Under the pieces are notes generated by a model, which saw nothing but the letters and a program-made list of their open reading frames with translations, was not told the DNA's origin and searched no databases. Shown here in pieces: positions 25,911 to 36,543 of a stretch of 64,000 nt of DNA. The stretch spans positions 7,067-71,066 of the forward strand of contig JBBAEK010000001.1 in assembly GCA_041655935.1 (NCBI GenBank). The letters run 5' to 3'. The translations under genes were made by a program, and so were the position numbers. Origin of the DNA: Eubacteriales bacterium. GTDB taxonomy: Bacteria; Bacillota; Clostridia; Oscillospirales; CAG-272. Each line of letters opens with the position of its first letter. Position 1 is the stretch's first letter.

Positions 25911-28900
25911 TTATTTGAAATACTTGACGGCTGCCTCGAACATGCCAAGGTGGTAGTTGCCCTTGACATTGGAGTACAGCCCCCGCCCGACGCGCTCCGA
26001 GTGCCCCATCTTGCCAAAGACTCTGCCGTCGGGGGACGTAATCCCCTCAATGGCATACATGGCGTTCGCGGGGTTAGAGTCCACCTCGGCGGTCACCTCA
26101 CCCTGCAGGTTGACATACTGCGTGGCAATCTGCCCGCTGGCGGCAAGGCGGCAAATCAGTGATTCATCCGCCAAAAAGCGGCCTTCTCCGTGGGAGATGG
26201 GCACGTGGTAAATCTCGCCCGGGCGGGTGTGCGCCAGCCACGGGGACAGGTTGGAGGCGATGCGAGTGCGGACAATTCTGGACTGGTGGCGGCCGATGGT
26301 GTTATAGGTCAGGGTCGGGGAGGTCTCGTCGGCGTCCAGTATCCTGCCATAGGGGACCAGTCCCAGCTTGATGAGGGCCTGGAACCCGTTGCAGATGCCT
26401 GCCATCAGCCCATCACGGCGAGAAAGGAACTGCTCCACCTGCGCCCGGATTTCGGCGTTGCGGAAAAAGGCGGTGATAAACTTGCCCGAACCGTCCGGCT
26501 CGTCCCCGCCCGAAAAACCGCCGGGGATGACGACGATTTGCGCGTCCTTCAGCGCGCCGGCAAACTGCTCAATGCTGCGGCTGATGGCGGCGGCGGAAAG
26601 GTTGTTGACCACCAGAATCTGCGGGTCTGCTCCCGCGTCCGCCAGCGCCCGGGCGGTGTCATACTCACAGTTGGTTCCGGGGAAAACCGGGATGAGCGCC
26701 CGGGGGCAGGCGGTCCTGACGGCGGGGGCGGGATGATGCGCTGCCCGGTATGTGAAGGCTTTGATTTGGTTTTGGGCCTGTCGGATGTTGCAACTGTACA
26801 CCGACTCCAGCCTGCCCTCGTACACGACACGCAGCATGTGCAGGCTGATTTTCTCCTCCCGCCACACAAACTCTGGCGCCGCTTGGGTGGTGCCGAGCAA
26901 GACGCCGTCGGTGACGTCCTTACTGACTTCCAGCACGAAAGCGCCGTACCGATACCCGAACAGATCCGAGAGGGTAAGTCGGTCGCTGAAAGCAAAGCCG
27001 AGATAGTTGCCCAGCGCCATTTTCAGCACCCCCTCTGCCACGCCGCCATAGGTGGGGGTCCAGGCGGCGTACACCTTCCCCGCCCGCATCAGAGCGGTGA
27101 CACGATGAAAGAGGGACAGCAGAGAGGCGGTGCGGGGGAGACCGTCCTCATCATACTCGGGAGAGAGCAGGACCACCTTGTGCCCGGGTGCCTTAAACTC
27201 ACCGCTCACCACCTCGTTGATCTCCCCGGTGGTGACGGCGAAAGACACCAGGGTGGGGGGGACGTCCAGGTGCTCAAAGCTGCCGCTCATGGAGTCCTTG
27301 CCGCCGATGGCGGCGACCCCCAGCTCACACTGCGCTTTGTAGGCGCCCAGCAACGCGGCAAAGGGCTTGCCCCAGCGCCGGGGGTCCTGCAGGGGCTTTT
27401 CAAAGTATTCCTGCAAGCTCAGGTAGACCTCCTCAAAAGAGGCGCCGGCGGCAATCAGCTTGGAGACCGACTCCACCGCCGCCAGATAGGCGCCGTGGTA
27501 GGGGGACTTTTCACTGATGAAGGGATTGTAGCCGAAGGACATATACGAGCAGGTATCGGTGTCGCCCCGCTCGGTTGAAATCTTGTTGACCATGGCCTGC
27601 GCGGGGGTGAGCTGGTGGGTGCCGCCAAAGGGTAGCAGGATCGTGCCCGCGCCGATGGTGGAGTCGAAACGCTCGGAAAGCCCCCGTTTGGAGCAGACAT
27701 TGAGATCCCCCGCAAGGGCAAAGTATTGCTGGGTGAAGTTGCCGGCAAGCGGCTTCTCATAGGGAGCGGGAGGCTCTGGCTCGACGGTGATGTGCTTCTC
27801 GGCTCCGTTGGTATCAAGAAAGGCGCGGGAGATGTCCACGATGGTACAGCCGTTCCATGTCATGCGCAGGCGGGGCTCCGCCTCGACGGTGGCGACCACA
27901 GTGGCCTCCAGATTTTCTTCCTCCGCCAAGCGGCAGAAGCGCTCCACCGCGTCGGGGGCGACCACTACCGCCATGCGTTCCTGGGACTCGGAGATGGCCA
28001 GCTCCGTGCCGTCCAGTCCCTCGTACTTCTTGGGGACCGCATCCAGATCAATCGACAGTCCGTCCGCCAGCTCACCGATGGCGACCGACACGCCGCCGGC
28101 GCCAAAATCGTTGCAGCGTTTGATGAGGCGGGCGGCCTCCGGGTTGCGGAACAGGCGCTGGAGCTTGCGTTCCTCGGGGGCGTTGCCCTTCTGGACCTCG
28201 GCACCGCACTGCTCGAGGGAGTCGAGGGTGTGCGACTTGGAGGAGCCGGTGGCGCCGCCGCAACCGTCCCGCCCGGTTCTGCCGCCCAGCAGGATGACCT
28301 TGTCACCCGGCGCGGGGGTCTCCCGGCGCACATTCGCCGCCGGGGTGGCGGCGATGACCGCGCCCAGCTCCATGTGTTTGGCGAGATAGCCGTCATGGTA
28401 GATCTCCTCTACCTGACAGGTGGCAAGCCCTATTTGGTTCCCGTAGGAGGAGTTGCCGGCGGCGGCAGTGCTCACCAGTTTTCGCTGGGGCAGCTTGCCC
28501 GGCAGGGTGGTGTCGAGCGGGCGGGTCGGGTCGGCGGCGCCGCTGATACGCATGGCGGCGTAGACATACGCCCGCCCCGACAGGGGGTCGCGGATGGCGC
28601 CGCCGATACAGGTGGCGGCACCGCCGAACGGCTCGATCTCGGTGGGGTGATTATGGGTCTCATTTTTGAAGAGCAAAAGCCACGGTTCCCTGCCCTCTTT
28701 CGTCTGCACCTCAATCTTGACCGTGCAGGCGTTGATTTCCTCCGACTCGTCCAGCTTCTCCAACTGCCCGCTTGCCCGCAGGTGCCGGGCGGCGATGGTG
28801 GCAATGTCCATGAGGGTAACGGGTTTGCTGCGGCCTACGCTCCGGCGGGTTTCCAGGTACTCGTCATAGGCCCGCTGGAGTAGCGGGTGAGGGCAGACCA

Positions 28901-29600
28901 CCCGGTCGATGATGGTGTGGAAAGTGGTGTGGCGGCAGTGGTCGGACCAGTAGGTGTCCAGCATCCGGATTTCCGTGATGGTGGGGTCTCGCCATTCTGC
29001 CCTGAAATAAGTCTGGCAACAAAGCAGGTCGTCGCGGTCCATCGCCAGTCCGTGTGCCTGCAAGAAAGCTGTCAGTCCCTCCTCGTCCAGTTCACGAAAG
29101 CCGTGCAACGTCTCCACCATAGCGGGGGGCGGCTGGGAGAGCGTGAGGGTGGCGGGCAGTTTCATGGACGCCTCACGACACTCCACGGGGTTGATGAGAT
29201 ACTTTTTGATGCGTAAGAGTTCCTCCCCCGACAGCTTGCCCTGCAACAGGTAGACCTTGGCGGTGCGGACGGTGGGGCGCTCACCCTGTGAGATGAGCTG
29301 GATACACTGGGCGGCGGAGTCGGCGCGCTGATCGAACTGACCGGGCAGGTACTCTACGGCGAAGGCGTGGGACCCCGCGGTGGGCAGCGTGTCATAGGTG
29401 AGGTCGAGCTGCACTTCCGAGAAAACCGCGGTGCGGGCATAGGCGAAGAGCTCCGGGGTGATGTTTTCCACATCGTAGCGATTGACCACCCGGACACTTT
29501 GCAGGCCGGTGATCCCCAGAAAACTGCCAAGGTCACGGGCAAGTGCCTGGGCCTCGTAGGCCAGCGGCGGCTTTTTTTCAACAAATACGCGAAAAACCAT
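25911..29600 (-). CDS. purL: phosphoribosylformylglycinamidine synthase, single-chain large form (synthetase plus glutaminase domains)
   Basis: 1229 aa. ETHNHPTEIEPFGGAATCIGG, two AIRS-like repeats, and a C-terminal amidotransferase region (GICNGFQ, HGEG). Confidence 0.92.
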   Translation of the reverse strand: MVFRVFVEKKPPLAYEAQALARDLGSFLGITGLQSVRVVNRYDVENITPELFAYARTAVFSEVQLDLTYDTLPTAGSHAFAVEYLPGQFDQRADSAAQCIQLISQGERPTVRTAKVYLLQGKLSGEELLRIKKYLINPVECREASMKLPATLTLSQPPPAMVETLHGFRELDEEGLTAFLQAHGLAMDRDDLLCCQTYFRAEWRDPTITEIRMLDTYWSDHCRHTTFHTIIDRVVCPHPLLQRAYDEYLETRRSVGRSKPVTLMDIATIAARHLRASGQLEKLDESEEINACTVKIEVQTKEGREPWLLLFKNETHNHPTEIEPFGGAATCIGGAIRDPLSGRAYVYAAMRISGAADPTRPLDTTLPGKLPQRKLVSTAAAGNSSYGNQIGLATCQVEEIYHDGYLAKHMELGAVIAATPAANVRRETPAPGDKVILLGGRTGRDGCGGATGSSKSHTLDSLEQCGAEVQKGNAPEERKLQRLFRNPEAARLIKRCNDFGAGGVSVAIGELADGLSIDLDAVPKKYEGLDGTELAISESQERMAVVVAPDAVERFCRLAEEENLEATVVATVEAEPRLRMTWNGCTIVDISRAFLDTNGAEKHITVEPEPPAPYEKPLAGNFTQQYFALAGDLNVCSKRGLSERFDSTIGAGTILLPFGGTHQLTPAQAMVNKISTERGDTDTCSYMSFGYNPFISEKSPYHGAYLAAVESVSKLIAAGASFEEVYLSLQEYFEKPLQDPRRWGKPFAALLGAYKAQCELGVAAIGGKDSMSGSFEHLDVPPTLVSFAVTTGEINEVVSGEFKAPGHKVVLLSPEYDEDGLPRTASLLSLFHRVTALMRAGKVYAAWTPTYGGVAEGVLKMALGNYLGFAFSDRLTLSDLFGYRYGAFVLEVSKDVTDGVLLGTTQAAPEFVWREEKISLHMLRVVYEGRLESVYSCNIRQAQNQIKAFTYRAAHHPAPAVRTACPRALIPVFPGTNCEYDTARALADAGADPQILVVNNLSAAAISRSIEQFAGALKDAQIVVIPGGFSGGDEPDGSGKFITAFFRNAEIRAQVEQFLSRRDGLMAGICNGFQALIKLGLVPYGRILDADETSPTLTYNTIGRHQSRIVRTRIASNLSPWLAHTRPGEIYHVPISHGEGRFLADESLICRLAASGQIATQYVNLQGEVTAEVDSNPANAMYAIEGITSPDGRVFGKMGHSERVGRGLYSNVKGNYHLGMFEAAVKYFK

Positions 29601-29606
29601 GTTTCC

Positions 29607-30878
29607 TCACTTCCCTGCCAGCAACGCGCGACGGCCGATGTCGCGGCGGCAGTAGCCGTTCTCAAAGCGGATGGTCCCCACCGCCTCATACGCCCGCTCG
29701 ATGGCGGCGGCGAGTGTGTCGGCGGTGGCAGTCACGCTCAGTACCCGTCCCCCGGCGCTCACCAGCCGTCCCTCGGACAGCTTGGTGCCGGCGGTGAAAA
29801 TATCGACTCCCGGGGCTTTTTCCTGAGGTAATACCACCTCAAAGCCCGTCTCATACCGCTGCGGGTAGCCCCGGGACGCCAGCACCACACAGCAGGCGGA
29901 TTTCTCCGAAAAAGTGACCTCAACCTCGGCTAAGTTCCCGTGCGCGACCGCCTGCATGACGGTGAAAAGGTCGCTCTCGAGGAGCGGGAGCACCACCTGT
30001 GCCTCGGGGTCGCCGAAGCGGCAGTTGTACTCAATGACCCGGGGGCCGTCCTTGGTCAGCATCAAGCCGAAGTAGAGGCAGCCCTTGAAGGTTCTGCCCT
30101 CTTTTTTCATGGCGGCAACGGTGGGCAGAAAGATCTCTTTCATGCACCGCTCGGCGACTTCGGGGGTATAGTAGGGGTTGGGGGCGACCGCGCCCATGCC
30201 GCCGGTGTTTGGTCCCTCGTCGCACTCAAGGGCGCGCTTGTGGTCCATGGCGGACACCATGGGCCTGATGGTCTGCCCGTCCGTGAAGGCCAACACCGAG
30301 ACTTCCGGTCCCTCCAGATACTCCTCCACGACCACGCGCGCACCGCTCTCTCCAAAAACCTTGTCAGCCATCATGGCGCGGAGGGCGGCGGCGGCCTCTG
30401 CCTTGGTATGCGCGATGATGACTCCTTTGCCCAGTGCCAGGCCGTCCGCCTTGACCACCAGCGGGAAAGGGGCGCTTTCCAGATAGGTGAGGGCTTGCGG
30501 GAGGCTGTCAAATGTCCGGTAGTCGGCGGTGGGGATGCCGTACTGCTTCATCAAATTCTTGGCAAACACTTTGCTGCCCTCAATGAGCGCGGCATCGGCA
30601 GTGGGACCGAAACAAGGGATGCCCGCCTGCTGCAACAGGTCCACCGCGCCCAGAACCAGCGGGTCGTCCGGTGCCACAACGGCAAAATCCACCCGCCGGC
30701 TGACGGCAAAGTCCACCATGCCCGTAATGTCTGTGGCGGAGATCGGCACACAGACGGCGTCGGCGGCGATGCCGCCGTTGCCCGGCAGGGCATAAATGAT
30801 ACTCACCTCTTTGTTTTCTTTGAGCTTGCGGATGATGGCATGTTCCCTGCCACCGCCGCCGACTACCATGATCTTCAT
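29607..30878 (-). CDS. purD: phosphoribosylamine-glycine ligase
   Basis: MKIMVVGGGGREHAI, ATP-grasp core, NCRFGDPE. Confidence 0.93.
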   Translation of the reverse strand: MKIMVVGGGGREHAIIRKLKENKEVSIIYALPGNGGIAADAVCVPISATDITGMVDFAVSRRVDFAVVAPDDPLVLGAVDLLQQAGIPCFGPTADAALIEGSKVFAKNLMKQYGIPTADYRTFDSLPQALTYLESAPFPLVVKADGLALGKGVIIAHTKAEAAAALRAMMADKVFGESGARVVVEEYLEGPEVSVLAFTDGQTIRPMVSAMDHKRALECDEGPNTGGMGAVAPNPYYTPEVAERCMKEIFLPTVAAMKKEGRTFKGCLYFGLMLTKDGPRVIEYNCRFGDPEAQVVLPLLESDLFTVMQAVAHGNLAEVEVTFSEKSACCVVLASRGYPQRYETGFEVVLPQEKAPGVDIFTAGTKLSEGRLVSAGGRVLSVTATADTLAAAIERAYEAVGTIRFENGYCRRDIGRRALLAGK

Positions 30879-30914
30879 AGGCTGCCCTCTTTTATCGGTT
30901 GCTTTTCACTGCTT

Positions 30915-32153
30915 TTAGCGGTTGTAAATCGGGAAACGGTCGCAAAGTGCCATGACTTCTGCCGTGATGCGATCACCGCTTTGTTCAAAATCATCGACCA
31001 CATCACGGATGAAGCGGGCGATTTGCTTCATTTCAGCCGCCCCGAACCCTCGGGTGGTGACCGCCGGGGTGCCGACCCGAATGCCGCTGGTGATAAAGGG
31101 GCTGAGGGGGTCATTGGGCACGGCGTTCTTGTTGACGGTGATGTGCACACTGTCAAGGCGTTGCTCCAGTTCCTTCCCTGTCACGCCGCTGCCCTGCAGG
31201 TCAAGCAGGAGCAGGTGGTTGTCGGTACCGCCCGAGACCAGTCGGAAGCCGAGGGAGGTCAGGGTGTCCGCCAGTGTGCGGGCGTTGCTGAGCACTCGGC
31301 TCTGGTATGCCCGGAAATCCGGTTGCAGTGCCTCGCCAAACGCCACGGCTTTGGCGGCGATGATGTGCATGAGCGGGCCGCCCTGAGTGCCGGGGAAAAT
31401 GGCCTTGTCAATGGCTTTGGCGTGTTCTTCACGGCACAGAATCAGCCCGCCGCGGGGACCGCGCAGGGTCTTGTGGGTGGTGGTGGTGACCACGTCGGCA
31501 TAGGGCACGGGACTTTCATGCAGCCCGGCGGCGACAAGGCCGGCGATGTGCGCCATATCCACCAGCAGGTACGCACCCACGCTCCGGGCAATCTCACCGA
31601 AACGTCGGAAGTCAATGGCGCGGGGGTAGGCGGAGGCACCCGCCACAATCAGCCGGGGGCGATGCTGCTCCGCCAGGGCCTGTACCGCGTCATAGTCAAT
31701 GGTTTGGTTCTCGTCGGAGACGCCGTAGGGGACAATGTGAAAATACTTGCCCGAAATGTTGACGGGGGAGCCGTGCGAAAGGTGGCCGCCATGCGCCAGG
31801 TTCATGGAGAGAACGGTGTCACCCGGTTGCAGGAGGGCGAAAAAAACGGCAAGGTTGGCGTTGGCGCCGCTGTGCGGCTGGACATTCGCGTGCTCGGCGC
31901 CAAAGAGCTGTTTGGCCCGGGTACGCGCGATCTCCTCCACCTCGTCGACATACTGGCAACCGCCATAGTAGCGCTTGCCGGGGTAGCCCTCGGCGTACTT
32001 GTTGGTGGCAATGCCGCCGGCGGCGAGCAGGACTGCCTCCGAGACTATGTTTTCCGAGGCGATCAGCTCAATGTTGTGCTGCTGGCGCTTTAGCTCCCTG
32101 CCGCAGGCGGCGGCAACGGCGGGATCAAACTCTTCTAATCTTTCAAAAAACAT
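30915..32153 (-). CDS. glyA: serine hydroxymethyltransferase
   Basis: [27 protein letters not shown] (PLP lysine motif). The start is set at [11 protein letters not shown] (ATG 32153) with an AAGGAGGCCACC RBS. Confidence 0.93.
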   Translation of the reverse strand: MFFERLEEFDPAVAAACGRELKRQQHNIELIASENIVSEAVLLAAGGIATNKYAEGYPGKRYYGGCQYVDEVEEIARTRAKQLFGAEHANVQPHSGANANLAVFFALLQPGDTVLSMNLAHGGHLSHGSPVNISGKYFHIVPYGVSDENQTIDYDAVQALAEQHRPRLIVAGASAYPRAIDFRRFGEIARSVGAYLLVDMAHIAGLVAAGLHESPVPYADVVTTTTHKTLRGPRGGLILCREEHAKAIDKAIFPGTQGGPLMHIIAAKAVAFGEALQPDFRAYQSRVLSNARTLADTLTSLGFRLVSGGTDNHLLLLDLQGSGVTGKELEQRLDSVHITVNKNAVPNDPLSPFITSGIRVGTPAVTTRGFGAAEMKQIARFIRDVVDDFEQSGDRITAEVMALCDRFPIYNR

Positions 32154-32197
32154 GGTGGCCTCCTTAATATGAATGATGGTAGAACAGGTGAGGGGAA

Positions 32198-33382
32198 TCA
32201 ATGGTGAAACAGCCTGGTGCCTGTCATCGCCATGACCAGCCCGTACTTGTCGCAACAGGCAATGACAGCGTCGTCCCGGATGGAGCCGCCCGGCTGGGCA
32301 ATATAGCGCACGCCGCTGCGGTAGGCACGCTCGATGTTGTCGCTGAAGGGGAAAAACGCGTCGGAAGCCAGTGAGACACCCGTCCGGGCGGACAGATACG
32401 CCTGCTGTTCTTCCCGCGTGAAGGGATCGGGTCTGTGGCTGAAATACTTTTGCCAGTTCCCCTCGGCACAGACATCCTCCTCGTTCTGGTTGATATAGCC
32501 GTCAATGACGTTGTCGCGGTCGGGGCGTCCCAGGGTCGCAAGGAAAGGCAGTCCTAAAACTTTCTCATGCTGGCGGAGCTGCCAGGTGTCTGCCTTGCCT
32601 CCTGCCAGTCGGGTGCAGTGAATTCTGGATTGCTGGCCGGCGCCCACGCCGATGGCCTGCCCGTCATAGGCGTAACAGACCGAGTTGGACTGAGTGTATT
32701 TCAGGGTAATCAGGGCAAGGACCAAATCGCGGCGGGCGGCGGCGGGCAGGTCCTTGTTTTGGGTGAGGGGATGGGTGAGCAGCTCTTCAGTGATGCGCGC
32801 CTCGTTGCGGCCCTGCTCAAAGGTGATGCCGAACACCTGTTTTCGCTCGATGGGTTGCGGGAGGTAGTCCGGGTCAATCTTGACAATGTTATAGTTGCCC
32901 TTTCGCTTGGAGCGCAAAATATCCAGCGCTTCCCGCTCGTAGCCGGGGGCGATGACGCCGTCGGATACTTCCCTTTGGATGAGGGTGGCGGTGGTCTTGT
33001 CGCAGACGTCCGACAGGGCAATCCAGTCCCCGAAAGAGCACATACGGTCGGTGCCTCTGGCGCGCGCATAGGCGCAGGCGAGGGGGGAGTCGTCCAGTTG
33101 CGCGATGTCGTCCACAAAGCAGGCCTTTTTCAGCGCGTCGGGCAACGGCGTGCCGACGGCGGCGGAGGTGGGGCTGACATGCTTAAAGGAGGTGGCGGCG
33201 GGGATGCCCAGCGCTTCCCTGAGCTCCCTGACCAGCTGCCAGGCGTTGAGGGCGTCTAAAAAGTTGATGTACCCGGGCCGGCCGCTGAGGACCTGCAACG
33301 GCAACGGGCTGCCGTCCTGCATGAAGATGCGCGCCGGTGTCTGGTTGGGGTTGCAGCCGTACTTGAGTTCATAAGACGTCAT
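32198..33382 (-). CDS. purH: AICAR formyltransferase (stand-alone PurH transformylase domain, no MGS/cyclohydrolase domain)
   Basis: [14 protein letters not shown]..., [25 protein letters not shown]-terminus; 394 aa. Confidence 0.85.
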   Translation of the reverse strand: MTSYELKYGCNPNQTPARIFMQDGSPLPLQVLSGRPGYINFLDALNAWQLVRELREALGIPAATSFKHVSPTSAAVGTPLPDALKKACFVDDIAQLDDSPLACAYARARGTDRMCSFGDWIALSDVCDKTTATLIQREVSDGVIAPGYEREALDILRSKRKGNYNIVKIDPDYLPQPIERKQVFGITFEQGRNEARITEELLTHPLTQNKDLPAAARRDLVLALITLKYTQSNSVCYAYDGQAIGVGAGQQSRIHCTRLAGGKADTWQLRQHEKVLGLPFLATLGRPDRDNVIDGYINQNEEDVCAEGNWQKYFSHRPDPFTREEQQAYLSARTGVSLASDAFFPFSDNIERAYRSGVRYIAQPGGSIRDDAVIACCDKYGLVMAMTGTRLFHH

Positions 33383-33385
33383 GCG

Positions 33386-34123
33386 TTATGCCTCCTTTGG
33401 GGGGTGCCCGTGCCGATTGAGCAGGCGCTCTTCGGTGCTGCCGTTGCGCAGGCAGATGTAGCGTACATAGAGGGAAATGCGGTTGTCGGGATGCAGGTTC
33501 TCCCAGAGGGAGGCCGTCAGCTCATCAATGCTGTCGGGAATCAGCACCCGTCTCGGCTCGCCCCGAAAGGTGGGGAGGGGGTGGCCGTCACCTTCATAGG
33601 TGTGAATGAAGTGGCCGAGCCCTGCCAGCGCCTCATAGGCGAACATATGGCGGTGGCAGACTGTGCCGGCGGCGTCGCCGCTTTTCAAAATGCTCATCCG
33701 GTAGCTGAAGTCCCCCTCCGCAAAGGTGAGAAGGCCGCTGATGCGGGGGGTATAGTGGGGCGGGTCGGGCTCAAAGGTGCGCCCCTGTAGGGCCTGCGCA
33801 AAGGTCTTGCCCGCGCAAAGACCGTCATCAATCGTGTCGGTCTGGTCGCCGTTGGTGACAATCAGGTGGTGCCCGGTCTGCCGCAGAGCGGCATAGATAA
33901 TCAGGGAGGGGTCCTCCACCTTGGTCAGGTCAAAGGGCTTGGTGAGCAGAGTGCTTCCCTCCCGCACAAATACACGGTTGCGGCTGTTGGCGCTTCTGCC
34001 CATGATAAAGTAGGCAACGGCGGCCTTGGTGCCGTCCGCGGTCTTGCCAATGACAATCCCGCGGCCGACATAAGGGTTGCCCTGTATCCAGTGTGCTATC
34101 GGGTGGCTTTCATAGACATTCAT
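33386..34123 (-). CDS. IMP cyclohydrolase, archaeal PurO-like type
   Basis: NPYVGRGIVIGKTADGTKAAVAYFIMGRSANSRNRVF. The start is at MNVYESH (ATG 34123) with an AAGGAG RBS, overlapping the purN 3' end by 14 nt. The longer tracked ORF is rejected. Confidence 0.75.
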   Translation of the reverse strand: MNVYESHPIAHWIQGNPYVGRGIVIGKTADGTKAAVAYFIMGRSANSRNRVFVREGSTLLTKPFDLTKVEDPSLIIYAALRQTGHHLIVTNGDQTDTIDDGLCAGKTFAQALQGRTFEPDPPHYTPRISGLLTFAEGDFSYRMSILKSGDAAGTVCHRHMFAYEALAGLGHFIHTYEGDGHPLPTFRGEPRRVLIPDSIDELTASLWENLHPDNRISLYVRYICLRNGSTEERLLNRHGHPPKEA

Positions 34124-34748
34124 GCTGTTTCTCCTTGACGATCTGGGCGCTGACTTGTTCCACCGCCTGCGGCAAAATGACCCACTCCGCCTGCTCCATG
34201 ACGCGCCTTTGCAGGATCTCGGGGGTATCGGAGGGTTCTGCCGGCACGCACTTTTGCAAAACAATCTCCCCGCCGTCTGGAATTTCGTTGACAAAATGGA
34301 CGGTGGCGCCGGTCAGCTTCACGCCGCGCGCCAGCGCCGCTTCATGCACGCGCAGACCGTAAAAGCCCTTGCCGCAAAAAGCGGGGATGAGCGAGGGGTG
34401 AACGTTGAGGATGCGGCGGGGGTAGGCGGCGGTGAAAGCCTCACTTAAAATGATCATGAAGCCTGCCAGCACGATTAAATCGATATGGTAGCGGTCAAGC
34501 GCCTGCCGGAGCTCTGCCTCAAACTGCGCCTGCGGCCTATTCTTTGGAAGAATCGTCTCGGTGGGGACGCCTGCCGCTTGCGCCCGCCGGAGGGCATAGG
34601 CACTGTCATTTGAGGAGATGACCAGCGTGATTTGCCCGCTCTGCAAAGTGCCGCCGGTTTGCGCGTCCAGCAGGGCTTGCAGGTTGGTGCCGCCGCCCGA
34701 GACCAAAACGGCGATGTTGGCTTTGTTCGTATTCATCATGCTCAGCAT
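34110..34748 (-). CDS. purN: phosphoribosylglycinamide formyltransferase
   Basis: [29 protein letters not shown]. The start could be ATG 34748, 34739 or 34736. Confidence 0.9.
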   Translation of the reverse strand: MLSMMNTNKANIAVLVSGGGTNLQALLDAQTGGTLQSGQITLVISSNDSAYALRRAQAAGVPTETILPKNRPQAQFEAELRQALDRYHIDLIVLAGFMIILSEAFTAAYPRRILNVHPSLIPAFCGKGFYGLRVHEAALARGVKLTGATVHFVNEIPDGGEIVLQKCVPAEPSDTPEILQRRVMEQAEWVILPQAVEQVSAQIVKEKQHECL

Positions 34749-35785
34749 AGGCGTACGCCGTCGTCGGAGGCAATCAGCTCGCCCAGGATGGTGGCAGACT
34801 CGCCGTGCTCGCGCAGGAGTTGCAGCGCCCGGTCGGCATCCTCCTTCGCCACGACCACGCTCATGCCCACGCCCATGTTGAAAGTGTTGAACATGTCGCG
34901 CTCGGGGATGCCGCCCTCACGGGCGATAAGCTCAAAGATGGGCAGGACGGGCACGGCGGCCTTTTCAATCCTGGCGGTGAGCCCGCGCGGCAGACTGCGG
35001 GGGATGTTCTCATAAAAGCCGCCGCCGGTGATATGGGAGACCCCCTTGACCGTGACCTCTTTCAACAGGGCAAGCATGGGTTTCACATAAATTCTGGTGG
35101 GGGTGAGCAGGGCCTCGCCCAAACTCTTGCCGTCCAGTGCGGCAAGGGGGGGGCGGAGGTCCCGCCGCTCAACGTCAAACACCCGGCGCACCAGTGAAAA
35201 ACCGTTGGAGTGAACACCGCTGGAGGGGAGCGCCAAGAGCACATCCCCCGGCTTCATAGTCTCTTTGTCCAAAATCTTTGATTTGTCCACCATTCCCACG
35301 GCAAAGCCGGCCAAATCGTACTCGTTTTCTGGGTAAAAGCCGGGCATCTCCGCCGTCTCCCCGCCAATCAGGGCACAGCCCGCCTGCACGCAACCCTCGG
35401 CGACTCCCTCTACAATGGAAGCAATCCGTTCGGGGATATTCTTGCCGCAGGCAATGTAGTCCAGGAAAAAGAGGGGGGTGGCGCCGCAACAAATCACATC
35501 ATTGACGCACATGGCGACACAGTCGATGCCCACCGTGTGGTGGCGGTCGAGGAGAAACGCCAGCTTGAGCTTGGTCCCGACACCATCGGTTCCGCTGACC
35601 AGCACCGGTTCCTGCATCCCGGTCAGGTTGGGGGTAAACAGGCCGCCAAAGCCGCCGATATCGGAGGCGACCTCGGGGGTCATGGTGCGGGCAATGTGCC
35701 GCTTCATCAACTCTACCGCCTTGTAGCCGGCGGTAATATCCACGCCTGCCGCGGCATAACTGTCGGATTTTGACTGAAAACTCAT
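34742..35785 (-). CDS. purM: phosphoribosylformylglycinamidine cyclo-ligase (AIR synthetase)
   Basis: [41 protein letters not shown]. Confidence 0.93.
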   Translation of the reverse strand: MSFQSKSDSYAAAGVDITAGYKAVELMKRHIARTMTPEVASDIGGFGGLFTPNLTGMQEPVLVSGTDGVGTKLKLAFLLDRHHTVGIDCVAMCVNDVICCGATPLFFLDYIACGKNIPERIASIVEGVAEGCVQAGCALIGGETAEMPGFYPENEYDLAGFAVGMVDKSKILDKETMKPGDVLLALPSSGVHSNGFSLVRRVFDVERRDLRPPLAALDGKSLGEALLTPTRIYVKPMLALLKEVTVKGVSHITGGGFYENIPRSLPRGLTARIEKAAVPVLPIFELIAREGGIPERDMFNTFNMGVGMSVVVAKEDADRALQLLREHGESATILGELIASDDGVRLC

Positions 35786-35794
35786 CGTATTACC

Positions 35795-36304
35795 TCAATC
35801 TTTCCGGGGGACGGAGGGGTACTTTTGTGCGATTTCCGCGTCCTTGGCAAGGATACGGTCGGCCTCTTCGGCGCGCTTTTGGTCCAGCAGCGCCGCCAAA
35901 GACGGGTTTTCGAGGGAGAGGATCTGCACGCAGAGCAGCGCGGCGTTGACTGCGCCGTCAATGGCGACCGTGGCGACGGGGATGCCGGTGGGCATCTGCA
36001 CGGTGGACAAGAGGGCGTCCATGCCGCCCAGGTGCGCGGAGCTTATCGGAATGCCCACGACCGGCAAAGTCGTTCGCGCCGCCAACGCCCCGGCTAAATG
36101 CGCCGCCTTTCCCGCCGCGGCGATGATGGCGCCAAAGCCCCGCTCACGGGCGGTGGCGGCAAGGGCGGCTGCCTGCTCGGGTGTTCGGTGGGCGGAGAGT
36201 ACGTGCACCTCAAACGGGACACCGTACGCCTGCAGGGTGGCAATGGCCTTTTCCACCACGGGCAGGTCGCTGTCGCTGCCCATCACAATGGCGACTTTTT
36301 TCAT
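35795..36304 (-). CDS. purE: N5-CAIR mutase / AIR carboxylase PurE
   Basis: MKKVAIVMGSDSDLPV, SAHRTP, AGKAAHLAG. CAAGGAGGAACCAT RBS. The class (I or II) cannot be decided by eye. Confidence 0.9.
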   Translation of the reverse strand: MKKVAIVMGSDSDLPVVEKAIATLQAYGVPFEVHVLSAHRTPEQAAALAATARERGFGAIIAAAGKAAHLAGALAARTTLPVVGIPISSAHLGGMDALLSTVQMPTGIPVATVAIDGAVNAALLCVQILSLENPSLAALLDQKRAEEADRILAKDAEIAQKYPSVPRKD

Positions 36305-36334
36305 ATGGTTCCTCCTTGACAATCAGCGTTCCCC

Positions 36335-36452
36335 AAAAAAAAGGGCACTCCAACCCTCGGTGAGTTGGAATGCCCAGACGGTCGGCACCTGATATACATC
36401 AGTCTGCATTTCCTGCTCCCTTGTGGTTGCCCACAGATCCGTCAGTTACAAG
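36335..36452 (-). promoter_or_regulatory. ZTP (pfl-motif) riboswitch with intrinsic terminator, leader of the purE...purL operon
   Basis: The minus strand reads GTAACTGACGGATCTGTGGGCAACCACAAGGGAGC...GCCGACCGTCTGGGCA. GACGG can pair with CCGTC for the pseudoknot, a covariation against the consensus GGCG/CGCC. GGGCATTCCAAC...GTTGGAGTGCCC followed by TTTTTTTT overlaps the CTGGGCA element. Confidence 0.85.
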
Positions 36453-36468
36453 AAATTGTTTCGCCTAT

Positions 36469-36497
36469 ATGATAACATTTTTTGCGGGGATAGTCAA
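36469..36497 (-). promoter_or_regulatory. sigmaA-type promoter (extended -10) for the ZTP leader/pur operon
   Basis: TTGACT-17 nt-TATCAT, with TG one base upstream of the -10 element. Confidence 0.6.
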
Positions 36498-36543
36498 TAG
36501 TTGCCGTAAAATTATTTGTCCGGCGAGTGAAAATGCTACCGCG

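Noticed and set aside
29940-32093. 717-aa plus-strand ORF spanning purD and glyA antisense
   Set aside because: It crosses two well-supported genes and their intergenic gap. Its Gly/Ala/Val/Asp/His-rich translation is low-complexity and has no motif or RBS.
36305-36500. Guanine/adenine (purine) riboswitch expected in front of purE
   Set aside because: The leader does not match the purine aptamer core as I remember it (TATAAT..GGATATGGC..CTACCGG..CCGTAAAT). It matches the ZTP/pfl motif instead.
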